Source of the DNA: Vicinamibacterales bacterium
GTDB lineage: Bacteria; Acidobacteriota; Vicinamibacteria; Vicinamibacterales; JAMQPK01
Direction of reading: 5' to 3'
Assembly: GCA_963802345.1 (NCBI GenBank)
Contig: CAWDIK010000014.1
Coordinates: 52,902 to 116,901, forward strand
Length of the DNA stretch: 64,000 bases
Position numbers and translations under genes: made by a program. A model generated the notes under the pieces. That model was given only the letters and a program-made list of their open reading frames with translations. It made no database searches and was not told the DNA's origin. This document shows, piece after piece, positions 20,726-30,377 of this stretch. Within the stretch, counting starts at the first letter, position 1; each line of letters starts with the position of its first letter.

Positions 20726-21304
20726 ATGAATCGAGCGGGAGTCGGGCGGATGCTTGTGGCAAGCCTGCATCAGGGCATCTCTGATCTCATCCCCACACGG
20801 CTGGAATTCTACGAAAACTGGTTGAATCCGACCGGGATGCGCGACGGCAGAATCGGACTCGCGCCACTCGCCGCCGTTTTGAGTTTTCTCAGGCAGGAAG
20901 GTGAGCCCTACACGCTCGTCACGTCGCGAGCGGGTCAATACGCGGCGCAGTGGACGTTCGACAATCTGACGCCGATCGAGCGCTCGATCATCCGCGCGCT
21001 GCCGGTCATGCTGCGGGCGCGCGTGGCGATGCAGCTGGCGAGGAAGGTCGTTCGGAGGAGCTACGGCGGCAGCCGGGCGGTAGCGAAGCTGCGGCGCGGA
21101 CGCGGGACCCTGATGCTGCGCAACTCGATTTTCTGCGCTGTTCGGGAACCGTTCGACTGGCCGTTGTGCGTCTTCTACTCAGCGGCCCTCTCGCACCTGT
21201 TTGCCCTCGTCGGCGTGGGCGGGGAGGTGCGGGTTCACGCCTGCCAGGGCGTCGGTGACACGAACTGCATCATTGCGGTGCATGTGCCGCTGGAGCAGAA
21301 ATAG
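20726..21304 (+). CDS. Hypothetical protein, V4R-like C-terminus
   Basis: ATG at 20726. The C-terminal CQGVGDTNC spacing resembles V4R domains, which is a weak call. Confidence 0.45.
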   Translation: MNRAGVGRMLVASLHQGISDLIPTRLEFYENWLNPTGMRDGRIGLAPLAAVLSFLRQEGEPYTLVTSRAGQYAAQWTFDNLTPIERSIIRALPVMLRARVAMQLARKVVRRSYGGSRAVAKLRRGRGTLMLRNSIFCAVREPFDWPLCVFYSAALSHLFALVGVGGEVRVHACQGVGDTNCIIAVHVPLEQK

Positions 21305-21306
21305 TC

Positions 21307-22967
21307 ATGGTTCGGTTCCGGTTCCAGTTCCTTTTCCTGTTCTGGTTCCTGGTTCCGGGTTCCGGGTTCGCGGCTGCGCAACAACCGGCCGCACAACCCC
21401 TTCACCTGCAGGCGTCGCCAGCCAAGGGCGCAGCCAAGCGAGCGCGTGCTCGTTATTCCCTTTGAAAACCCCACGCGAGAGCCGCGCATCCTTTGGATCG
21501 GCGAGGCATCGGCGGTGTTGCTCGCCGACGATCTGAACGCCTTCGGCAAGCGCGCGTACACGCGAGAGGAACGTCTCGATGCTTTCCAGCGGCTGCAGGT
21601 GCCGCCCGTCGCCACGTTGAGTCACGCCACGGTCATCCGGCTGGGACAAGTGGTCGGCGCGACGCATGTCGTCATCGGCTCGTTCCGGCTGACCGGTGGA
21701 ATGATTTCGGTGCGCGCCCAGAATATCCGGCTCGACACCGGCCGGATGGAGCACGAATTCGTCGAAGCCGGACCGCTCGAAGATCTGTTTGCCATTTTCG
21801 GGCGCGTCAGCCGGCGCCTCGCGGGCCAGTCTGCGTCAGACGCTCCGCCGCCGCGGCCGGCGCTGCCGGTGTTCGAGAACTACATCAAAGGGCTCATCGC
21901 GACGTCGACGCCGGCGAAAATCGGCTATCTCGAAGCGGCTATCAAGCTCGATCCCGGGTTCGATCGTGCGCGCCTCGCGCTGTGGAACGTGCAGTATGAC
22001 GACGCGAACGGACAGGCCGCGCTGGTGGCCGCGGCGGCGGTGGCGGAGACTTCTCCGATGTACGCGCCGCGCGCGGTTCAGCGTGGCGCTGTCGCTCATC
22101 CAGCTCAATCGCCTGGACGATGCGTTTGCCACGCTGAGAACGCTCGCCGATCGCGCGCCATCGGCGACATTGATGAACAACATCGGCGTCATCCAGCTGC
22201 GGCGGCCGGTCACGCCGGAGACCGGCCGCGCGACGTATTACTTCAATCAGGCATTGAAGCTCGACGAAGACGATCAGGACTACTACTTCAATCTCGGGTA
22301 CGCCTACTGGGCCGAGAAGGATGCGGCGTCCGCGACCTTCTGGTTGCGCGAGGCCGTCCGCCGCGATCCGGCGGATGGAGAAGCGCATGCGGTGCTCGCC
22401 GCCGCGCTGCAGGCAACCGGCGCGGCCGCCGAGGCAGCGCGCGAGCGCGAGCTCGCAACGCAGTTGTCCTCGACGTACGCCGAGTGGGCGAAGAGATCGG
22501 CTACTCCGGGTGGCGAGGCTATCCCACGCAGGCTCGAGCGGCTCAAGCCGTCGTTGGAGGTGTCCACGCTCCACAGAATCGACAGCGCGATAGCGATTAC
22601 GGGCCAGCGCGAGCAAAGGGAGCTCGCGGCCTTCCATCTCGATCGCGGGCGGCGGTTGTTCGAGCAGGGCAGCAACAGCGAAGCCGTCACCGAGCTGTCT
22701 CGGGCGATCTATCTGTCGCCGTACGAGGCCGCGGCTCACCTGCTGCTCGGTCGCATCCATCTGAGAACGGGCGAGACTGCGGCGGCCATCGACGCGTTCA
22801 AGATCGCGCTGTGGAGTCAGGAATCGGTCGAGGGGCGTATCGCGCTGGCCCAGGCCTATCTTCAGGTCAAGGATACGGCCGGCGCCCGTTCGGCGCTCGA
22901 GCGCGCGCTGTCGCTCGATCCGAATTCCTCCGAAGCCAGGGAGTTACTCGGTAAACTGGCACCGTGA
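21307..22967 (+). CDS. Secreted TPR-repeat protein, two frameshifts as assembled
   Basis: ATG at 21307 encodes a signal peptide (MVRFRFQFLFLFWFLVPGSGFAAAQQ). The body continues in ORF 21446.. and the TPR-rich C-terminus in ORF 21789..22967, with indels near 21443 and 22070. Confidence 0.65.
21309..21370. repeat. Degenerate heptanucleotide repeat (GGTTCCG family) that encodes the signal-peptide core
   Basis: ggttcgg ttccggt tccagtt ccttttc ctgttct ggttcct ggttccg ggttccg ggttcg. Confidence 0.85.
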
Positions 22968-24322
22968 TGGGTCTGCCGAATCGCGGTTCCAGGCGCTGGG
23001 TGCTGGGTGCTGCGGTTCTGGTTCTGACCTCGGCGCTCGCGGCCCAACAGGCTCAATCGCCCCCGCAGGGTTCTACCAGCCCGGTCGTCTACTCGGCCGA
23101 AGTCGACAGCATCATTCATCCCGCCTCGGCCCGCTACATGATCGACACAATCGATCGTGCTGACGAAGCGAATGCCGCGCTTCTGGTGTTCACGCTGCGC
23201 ACGCCCGGCGGCCTCGTCGACTCGACGCGCGACATCGTCACGAAGATGATCGCCGCCAAGACCCCCATCGCGGTCTTCGTCGCGCCGTCGGGCGCGCGGG
23301 CGGCGTCAGCGGGATTCATCATCACGATTGCCGCGGACATCGCTGCGATGGCGCCTGGCACGCATATCGGCGCCGCGCATCCGGTTTCCGGGAGCGGCGC
23401 GGTCATGGATGAGACGACGTCGAAGAAGGCGGCCGAAGACGTCGCGGCGTACGTGCGCACGATTGCCGGCCCGCGTGGCCGCAACGCGCAGCTGGCGGAG
23501 CAGGCCGTGCTGCAGAGCAAAGCGTTCACCGACGACGAAGCGATGAAGGCGACGCCGCCGTTGATCGATGTCGTCGCCACCAGCCTCGACGATCTGTTGA
23601 AAAAGCTCGACGGCCGTACCGTCAAGCGATTCGACGGCCGCATCGCTACGCTCCGCACGGCATCGGCGACGGTTGTGCCGATCCAGATGACGCTCCGTCA
23701 GCGCATCCTCAGCGCAATCGCCCACCCGAACATCGCGTATATCCTCCTGAGCCTCGGCACGCTTGGATTGACCATCGAGCTGTGGAGTCCGGGTGCGGTC
23801 CTGCCCGGCGTGGTCGGCGGCCTGTCGCTGCTGCTCGCGTTTTTCGCGCTCCAGGTGCTGCCGATCAACTTCGCCGGCTTGCTGCTGATGCTCTTCGGGC
23901 TGCTGCTTTTCGCGCTCGAGATCAAAGTGACGAGTTACGGGCTGCTGACGGTGGGCGGCATCATCAGTCTGATCTTCGGATCGTTGATGCTGATCGATTC
24001 TCCCGCGCCGGAGCTTCAGCTCAGCCTGGCGCTCGTGATCTCGGTAGTGCTAGGGTTCACAGCCATCGCCGCATTTCTCGTTCGTCTCGCGCTGGCATCA
24101 CAGCGGGGCGCGCCGGTGACCGGCGCCGAAGGGTTGATCGGCGAGCGCGGCCTCGCGCTCGAGCCGCTCGGCCCAGGGATGCGCGGACGCGTCCGAGTGC
24201 ACGGCGAGATATGGGACGGCGATCGCCGGCGAACCGATCGTCGACGGCGCCCCGATAACAGTGACGAATGTCGACGGGTTGACGTTGACCGTCCGGAAGC
24301 CATGAGGCACAGCCATGTTTGA
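22964..24322 (+). CDS. NfeD-family membrane-bound serine protease
   Basis: ClpP-like N-terminal domain, several TM helices and an OB-like tail. A 1-nt indel near 24212 alters the tail; the corrected frame ends ...[29 protein letters not shown] with TGA at 24303. Confidence 0.8.
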   Translation: MMGLPNRGSRRWVLGAAVLVLTSALAAQQAQSPPQGSTSPVVYSAEVDSIIHPASARYMIDTIDRADEANAALLVFTLRTPGGLVDSTRDIVTKMIAAKTPIAVFVAPSGARAASAGFIITIAADIAAMAPGTHIGAAHPVSGSGAVMDETTSKKAAEDVAAYVRTIAGPRGRNAQLAEQAVLQSKAFTDDEAMKATPPLIDVVATSLDDLLKKLDGRTVKRFDGRIATLRTASATVVPIQMTLRQRILSAIAHPNIAYILLSLGTLGLTIELWSPGAVLPGVVGGLSLLLAFFALQVLPINFAGLLLMLFGLLLFALEIKVTSYGLLTVGGIISLIFGSLMLIDSPAPELQLSLALVISVVLGFTAIAAFLVRLALASQRGAPVTGAEGLIGERGLALEPLGPGMRGRVRVHGEIWDGDRRRTDRRRRPDNSDECRRVDVDRPEAMRHSHV

Positions 24323-25086
24323 CCTCTCACCGGTGCTGATCGTTCTGTTCATCCTCGTCGTGTACCTCGTGATGTCGATCAACATCCTGAACGAATACGA
24401 GCGCGGCGTGGTGTTTCGCCTCGGCAAGCTGCTGCCGCAGCCGAAAGGCCCGGGCGTCGTGCTCGTGTTCGCGCCGCTCGACCGCATGGTGCGGGTGAGC
24501 CTGCGGACCGTCGTCATGGACGTGCCGCCGCAGGACGTCATCACGCGCGATAACGTCTCGGTAAAAGTGAATGCGGTTGTCTATTTTCGCGTCATCGATC
24601 CGCGGAGGGCGATCGTCGAGGTCGAGAGCTATCACTACGCGACGTCGCAGCTCGCGCAGACGACGCTGAGAAGCGTGCTCGGGCAGGTTGAGCTCGATCA
24701 ACTCCTGTCAGAACGCGATCGACTCGAATCAGCAGCTGCAGCAGATTCTGGATCAGCATACCGATCCGTGGGGCATCAAGGTGTCGTCGGTCGAGGTGAA
24801 GCACGTCGATCTGCCGGCCGATATGCAGCGCGCGATGGCGCGGCAGGCCGAAGCCGAGCGCGAGAAGCGTGCTAAAATCATCCACGCAGCGGGCGAACTG
24901 GAAGCCTCGGAGAAGTTGTCCCAGGCCGCTGTCGTAATCGCCTCCGAGCCCGTCGCGATTACACTGCGATATCTTCAGACGCTGACGGAAATTGCTGCCG
25001 AGAAAAATTCAACGATCGTCTTCCCCCTGCCGATCGAAATGATGCATCTGTTGAAACAGATCACAGGAGTGGAGAAGAAACCGTGA
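24315..25086 (+). CDS. SPFH/band-7 (stomatin-like) protein, one frameshift
   Basis: [30 protein letters not shown], then [16 protein letters not shown] in ORF 24688..25086. The indel is near 24718. Confidence 0.85.
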
Positions 25087-25862
25087 ACGACGAAGGCTTT
25101 CGCGAAATACAGCTGAACGGCAAGCAGCTGATCTTTCTGTTCATGGCCGTGACGGTCGTGCTGGTTGTCACGTTCCTGTTCGGCGTCCTCGTCGGCCGCG
25201 GTGTGCGCGAAGGCGGAGCGCCCCAGATTGCGAGCAGCGACATCGCATCCGATCCCGGCCTCGTCCCGGCGTCAGAGCAGGCAGGCCCGCCGCCCGCCGC
25301 CGGGAGCGCGGCAGCTCCCGCGCCGGCCGCGCCGCCCGCAGAGGAGCTCAGCTACGCCGACCGTCTCCTGCGCGATTCGGCTCCGCCGGAGACGCTGAAA
25401 CCCGCGGCCCAGCCTGCTCCCGCACCGGTCATTCAGGAGCCGGTGTCTCAGAAGGCGCCGGTTCCGCCTCCGCCGGCAGCAGCCCCGAAAGAGCCCGCGC
25501 CGGCACCCGCTCCTGCTGCCGCACCCAGCGACCGTACACCCACTACTGTCACTTCCGGGTCTCAAAATGCGCCAGTGACGCCGGCTCCCGCGCCCGTGAC
25601 GGCGGCAAAGGCGTCCGATCCCTCCGGCCCGGGCTTTGCAGTTCAAGTGGCCGCGTACCGGGATCGTCGGGATGCTGACACTCTGGCGAAGCAGTTGGCG
25701 GCCAAAGGCTATCCGGCGTTCGTCATGGATCCAGTGAAAGGCACATCCACGGCCCTATTCAGAGTACGCGTCGGCAAGTACAAGACTCTGAAGGACGCCG
25801 AGGCGGTTGAGAGCCGGCTCCAGACTTCGGAGCAGCTCACAAACGCCTGGATTGCCCGGTAA
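25083..25862 (+). CDS. SPOR-domain protein with N-terminal TM helix and Pro/Ala-rich linker
   Basis: C-terminus [30 protein letters not shown]...[17 protein letters not shown]. Confidence 0.8.
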   Translation: MNDEGFREIQLNGKQLIFLFMAVTVVLVVTFLFGVLVGRGVREGGAPQIASSDIASDPGLVPASEQAGPPPAAGSAAAPAPAAPPAEELSYADRLLRDSAPPETLKPAAQPAPAPVIQEPVSQKAPVPPPPAAAPKEPAPAPAPAAAPSDRTPTTVTSGSQNAPVTPAPAPVTAAKASDPSGPGFAVQVAAYRDRRDADTLAKQLAAKGYPAFVMDPVKGTSTALFRVRVGKYKTLKDAEAVESRLQTSEQLTNAWIAR

Positions 25863-25870
25863 CTGGAGGC

Positions 25871-27580
25871 ATGAAGCCACTACGACTACTGCTGGTTGAG
25901 GATTCGGAAGCCGACGCGACACTCCTCATAGAGTATTTGCGGCAAGGGGGATACGAGCCGGATGTCACCCGTGTCGATTCCGCGAAGGCCCTCAACCGGG
26001 CTCTCGACAGCGACGACTGGGATCTGGTGATCGCCGATTACACGATGCCCGGCTTCAGCGGGTCCGCGGCCCTCACGATCGTCCGCGACCGCGGTCTCGA
26101 AGTGCCGTTCATTTTCGTGTCCGGCACCATCGGCGAAGAAATCGCCGTCGAGGCGATGAAAAACGGCGCCGACGACTACATCATCAAGAACAACCTCAAC
26201 CGGCTGATTCCCGCCATCAACCGCGAGCTGCGTGACGCTGAAGTTCGCCGCGAGCGTTCGAAAGCCGAAGAGCGCATCCGCCATCTTGCGTACTACGACA
26301 GCCTGACCGACCTGCCGAACCGGACGTTGTTCCAGAACCGGCTCGAGATGGCGGTCGCGAATGCGGTGCGCACGCGCAATCCTCTGTCGGTGTTGATCAT
26401 GGACCTCGATGGGTTCAAAGAGATCAACGACACGATGGGGCACCTGATGGGTGATGCGGTGCTCCGCGAGATCGGCCGTCGACTGCAGACAGGCCTGCGC
26501 GAGTGCGATACCGTTGCGCGTCTCGGGGGCGATGAATTCGCAGTGATGCTCCCGGGTGTCGGACAGCCAGGCGCCGAGCTGGCGGCGCGCAAGCTGATTG
26601 CCGCCGTGCAGGAACCTCTCACCATCGAAGGGCTCAACCTCGACGTGCACGGCAGCGTGGGGATTGCGATCGCGCCCGAGCATGGCACCGAGGCCGAAGT
26701 GCTGGTGCAGCGAGCCGACGTGGCGATGTACGTCGCGAAGGAGGATCGATCGGGCTGCGTCGTGTATGCGCCGGAGCTCGATCGCCACAGCCCCGAGCGC
26801 CTCGCGTTGATGGGCGATTTCCGTCATGCCATTTCGCGCGACGAGCTGCGCGTGGTGTACCAGCCGAAGCTCAACTTGAAGACGCGGCAGATTTTCGGCG
26901 TCGAGGCGCTGGTGCGCTGGCAGCACCCGCAGCTCGGCTTCATTCTTCCCGATCGTTTCATTCCAATGGCCGAGCAGACCGGCGCGGTCCGGCCGCTCAC
27001 CTTGTGGATGCTCGAGCGCGCCGTGCAGCAGTGCCTCGAATGGGAGAAGCTCGGCCACGATCTCGTCGCTGCGGTGAATCTGTCGCCGCGCAATCTGCAC
27101 GATCCCGAGCTGCCGGAGCGCGTCCGGGCGCTGCTCGACGTGCTGGGCGCACCGGCGGCGATGCTCGAGCTGGAAATCACCGAGAGCGTCATCATGTCGG
27201 ACCCGCTCCGATCGCTCCAGGTGCTCACCCGGCTGAGCAAAATGGGATTGCGGCTGGCTGTCGATGATTTCGGCACGGGCTACTCGTCATTCAGCTACCT
27301 GCGCAAGCTGCCGGTGCACGAAATCAAAATCGACAAGTCGTTCATCGACGACATGGTGGAAGACGGCGATGAGGTGATCGTGCAATCGACGATCGATCTC
27401 GCGCACAACCTCGGCCTGACGTGCGTGGCCGAAGGGGTGCAGGACGAGGCCACGCTCGAGCGGCTCGCAAAGCTCGGCTGCGATACCGCGCAGGGCGACT
27501 TCATTTCTCCGCCGCTTGACGGCCCTGGTGTCGCAGACTGGCTGCGCCAGCGCGGACCCGGCCGGGTGACGCAGCCCTGA
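25871..27580 (+). CDS. Response-regulator receiver + GGDEF + EAL protein (c-di-GMP turnover)
   Basis: The REC domain has DLVIADYTMPG. GGDEF is present (RLGGDEFAV), as is EAL (GVEALVRW ... DDFGTGYSS). Confidence 0.9.
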   Translation: MKPLRLLLVEDSEADATLLIEYLRQGGYEPDVTRVDSAKALNRALDSDDWDLVIADYTMPGFSGSAALTIVRDRGLEVPFIFVSGTIGEEIAVEAMKNGADDYIIKNNLNRLIPAINRELRDAEVRRERSKAEERIRHLAYYDSLTDLPNRTLFQNRLEMAVANAVRTRNPLSVLIMDLDGFKEINDTMGHLMGDAVLREIGRRLQTGLRECDTVARLGGDEFAVMLPGVGQPGAELAARKLIAAVQEPLTIEGLNLDVHGSVGIAIAPEHGTEAEVLVQRADVAMYVAKEDRSGCVVYAPELDRHSPERLALMGDFRHAISRDELRVVYQPKLNLKTRQIFGVEALVRWQHPQLGFILPDRFIPMAEQTGAVRPLTLWMLERAVQQCLEWEKLGHDLVAAVNLSPRNLHDPELPERVRALLDVLGAPAAMLELEITESVIMSDPLRSLQVLTRLSKMGLRLAVDDFGTGYSSFSYLRKLPVHEIKIDKSFIDDMVEDGDEVIVQSTIDLAHNLGLTCVAEGVQDEATLERLAKLGCDTAQGDFISPPLDGPGVADWLRQRGPGRVTQP

Positions 27581-27702
27581 TCCTTCCGCCTCCGCGCGCA
27601 GCGCTACCGCGAGACCTCGCCGAAGCTTTAGCGAAGGCGGGCGCATCGGGCATTCTCCTCGCGCTCAGCTTCCCGCGATATGGTCAGCCGGCGCTCGCGT
27701 GG

Positions 27703-29136
27703 GTGGCGTTGGCGCCGCTCATCGTGTCGCTGTTTGCGTCCCGGCAGGGCTTTCGAAGGGCGCGCGCTTTTCTGCTCGGCTTTGTCGCCGGCCTCGGGTA
27801 TTTCGGCGGAACGGTCTACTGGACGGGCACGGTTGTCACTCAGTTCGGCGGACTGGCCTGGCCGGTTGGCGTCATCGTCGGAGCCGTGCTCGTCGCCTAC
27901 CTCGCGCTGTTTCCAGCGTTGTTCTCGCTCTGCCTTGGTTGGCTGAGGTCCAGATACGGCGATCGCGCCATCCTGCTTGCGCCCGCGGTGTGGGTGACGA
28001 CCGAGCTGGGACGGACGTACTTCTGGAGCGGTTTCCCCTGGCTGCTGCTGGGTTACAGCCAGACGACCGTGCTGCCGATCGCGCAATTCGCGAGCGTGGC
28101 CGGGGTGTTTGGACTGTCGGCGCTCGTCGCGCTCGTGAGCACGGCCCTCGCCTACCTTGTCGTGTCACGCTCGGTCAATTCGCTTGTCGTCGTGGGCGCG
28201 ACTGCCGTGGCATTGATCGCTCTCACGGCATGGGGTCACCGGCGCGTGGAGAACGACGGGCTCGCGAAGCAGGGCCGCCAGGTCCGCGTCGCGCTCATTC
28301 AAGGAAACATTCCTCAAGATCAGAAGTGGGACGCGGCGCACGCGGGCAGCATTCTGAATACGTACCTCTCGATGACGCGCGAGGCGGCTGGCCGCGGGGC
28401 GCAACTCGTCATCTGGCCCGAGTCGTCTACGCCGTTTCCTTTCCTCGACAACAAGGCCGGCGGCGAACGGATCCGTTCGCTCGTGCGCGAGACCGGAATC
28501 GAGCTGCTGCTCGGCAGCGATCAGGTCGATCATCAGACTCGGGCGTACTACAACGCGGCGTTCCTGGTCCGGAAGGACGGCGACGTCGCCGGCGTGTACC
28601 AGAAGATGCACCTGGTGCCGTTCGGCGAGTTCGTGCCGCTTCAACAACTCTTGTTTTTCGTCGGACCGCTTGTGGAACAGGTGGGCGGCTTTACGCCGGG
28701 CCGGGACATGGTGATGCTGCCGACGACTCACGGTCCCATCAGTACCGCCATCTGCTACGAGATTGTGTTTCCCCGGCTGGTGGGTGAGTCGGTGTCGCGC
28801 GGCAGCCAGCTGCTGACCACGATTACCAACGACGCGTGGTACGGCCACTCGTCCGCGCCGTATCAGCACTTTCTGCAGGCGTCGATGCGGGCGATCGAGC
28901 AGGGGCGGTATCTTGCGCGCGCCGCCAATACCGGCATCACAGGGTTCGTCGATCCATATGGGCGGATCGTCGACAAGACAGAGATTTTCGAGCGCGCCAT
29001 CCTGATCGGCGACGTGCGCATGCTCGAAGAGCGCACGATTTATGGCAGAATCGGAGACCTGTTCGCATACATCCTGGCGGCGCTGACGATCGTCGCGCTG
29101 CTGTTCGCCCCTCGACGGCGCTCGGGGCAGTCCTGA
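27703..29136 (+). CDS. lnt: Apolipoprotein N-acyltransferase
   Basis: C-N hydrolase domain (VALIQGNI, WPES, AICYEIVFP). The frame is open far upstream and encodes Lnt-like text (GILLALSFPRYGQPALAWVA) but has no start codon, so the N-terminus is unresolved. Confidence 0.8.
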   Translation: MALAPLIVSLFASRQGFRRARAFLLGFVAGLGYFGGTVYWTGTVVTQFGGLAWPVGVIVGAVLVAYLALFPALFSLCLGWLRSRYGDRAILLAPAVWVTTELGRTYFWSGFPWLLLGYSQTTVLPIAQFASVAGVFGLSALVALVSTALAYLVVSRSVNSLVVVGATAVALIALTAWGHRRVENDGLAKQGRQVRVALIQGNIPQDQKWDAAHAGSILNTYLSMTREAAGRGAQLVIWPESSTPFPFLDNKAGGERIRSLVRETGIELLLGSDQVDHQTRAYYNAAFLVRKDGDVAGVYQKMHLVPFGEFVPLQQLLFFVGPLVEQVGGFTPGRDMVMLPTTHGPISTAICYEIVFPRLVGESVSRGSQLLTTITNDAWYGHSSAPYQHFLQASMRAIEQGRYLARAANTGITGFVDPYGRIVDKTEIFERAILIGDVRMLEERTIYGRIGDLFAYILAALTIVALLFAPRRRSGQS

Positions 29137-29164
29137 GCCGCGTCAAAGGACGCTGGAGGCATTC

Positions 29165-30302
29165 GTGGCCATCGCACTCGATGATTTGACCCGCAAATAT
29201 CAGGACCTCGTGAAGCGCGCCGCCGATCTCCGGAGTTATCTTTGAGGCCGCTCGCCCTGGTGACGAGCTCGCACAAATAGAAGCCCGCGCATCGGCGCCC
29301 GATTTCTGGAACAACCAGATCGAAGCGCAGAAGATCCTTCAGCGCCGGCGCCGCGTCGAGGAAGAAGTCGAGCTGATCGCCGCGCTCGCAGCGAAAACAG
29401 ACGACCTGGGTGTACTCATCGACTGGGCCGGCCAGGGTGAAGACGTGACTGCGGAGCTGTCGGCCGGCCTCGAGCAGCTCGCCGGCCTCGTCGAAGGCGG
29501 CGAGATCAAGAAGATGCTCGGCGGCGAGCACGACAGGAAGAACGCCATCATCACGATTCATCCGGGCGCCGGTGGAACGGAGTCGCAGGACTGGGCCGAG
29601 ATGCTGCTGCGGATGTATCTGCGATGGATCGAGCGCCGAGGGTTCAAGCGCGAAGTCATCGACTACCAGCCGGGTGACGAGGCCGGTCTCAAAAGCGCGA
29701 CGGTCACCGTGCAGGGCGAGTTTGCGTTCGGATTGCTCTCGGCCGAGGCAGGCGTGCATCGGCTCGTGCGCATCTCGCCGTTCGACTCCGCCGCACGCCG
29801 CCACACGTCGTTCGCCTCTGTCTACGTATGGCCGGAGCTGCCGGAGGACGAGGACATCGTCATCGACGACAAGGACATCCGCATCGACACGTTTCGGTCG
29901 AGCGGCGCCGGCGGCCAGCACGTCAACGTCACCGATTCGGCCATTCGCATCACGCACCTGCCGACCGGCATCGTCGTGTCGTGCCAGAACGAGCGGTCGC
30001 AGCATCGTAACAAGGACTCCGCGCTGCGGGTGCTGAAAGCGCGCCTGTTCGATATCAAGACGAAGGAGCAGCAGTCAAAGCTCGATCAGATCGGCGGCGC
30101 GAAGAAGGAAATCGCATTCGGCCATCAGATTCGCAGCTACGTGCTGCATCCGTATCAGATGGTGAAGGACCACCGCACGAAGTTCGACATCGGCGATCCC
30201 GGCCGCGTGCTCGACGGCGATCTGGATCCGTTCATCAAGGCGTATCTGATGCAGAAGGCATCCGGGACATTAGGGCAGCCTTCGGCGGAGGACGACGAGT
30301 AA
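29165..30302 (+). CDS. prfB: Peptide chain release factor 2, programmed +1 frameshift at 29240-29246
   Basis: GTG at 29165 opens 26 codons ending SYL + TGA within cggagttat CTT TGA g. The +1 frame (from 29244) runs in frame into ORF 29445..30302, which has the SPF and GGQ motifs. Confidence 0.9.
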
Positions 30303-30377
30303 GTGCGTCTCACCGCCACGACGCAAGGCGCCAAGATTTTCTTAGAAGAATCACGTCGCGTCTGCGTCGAGCGTGAG

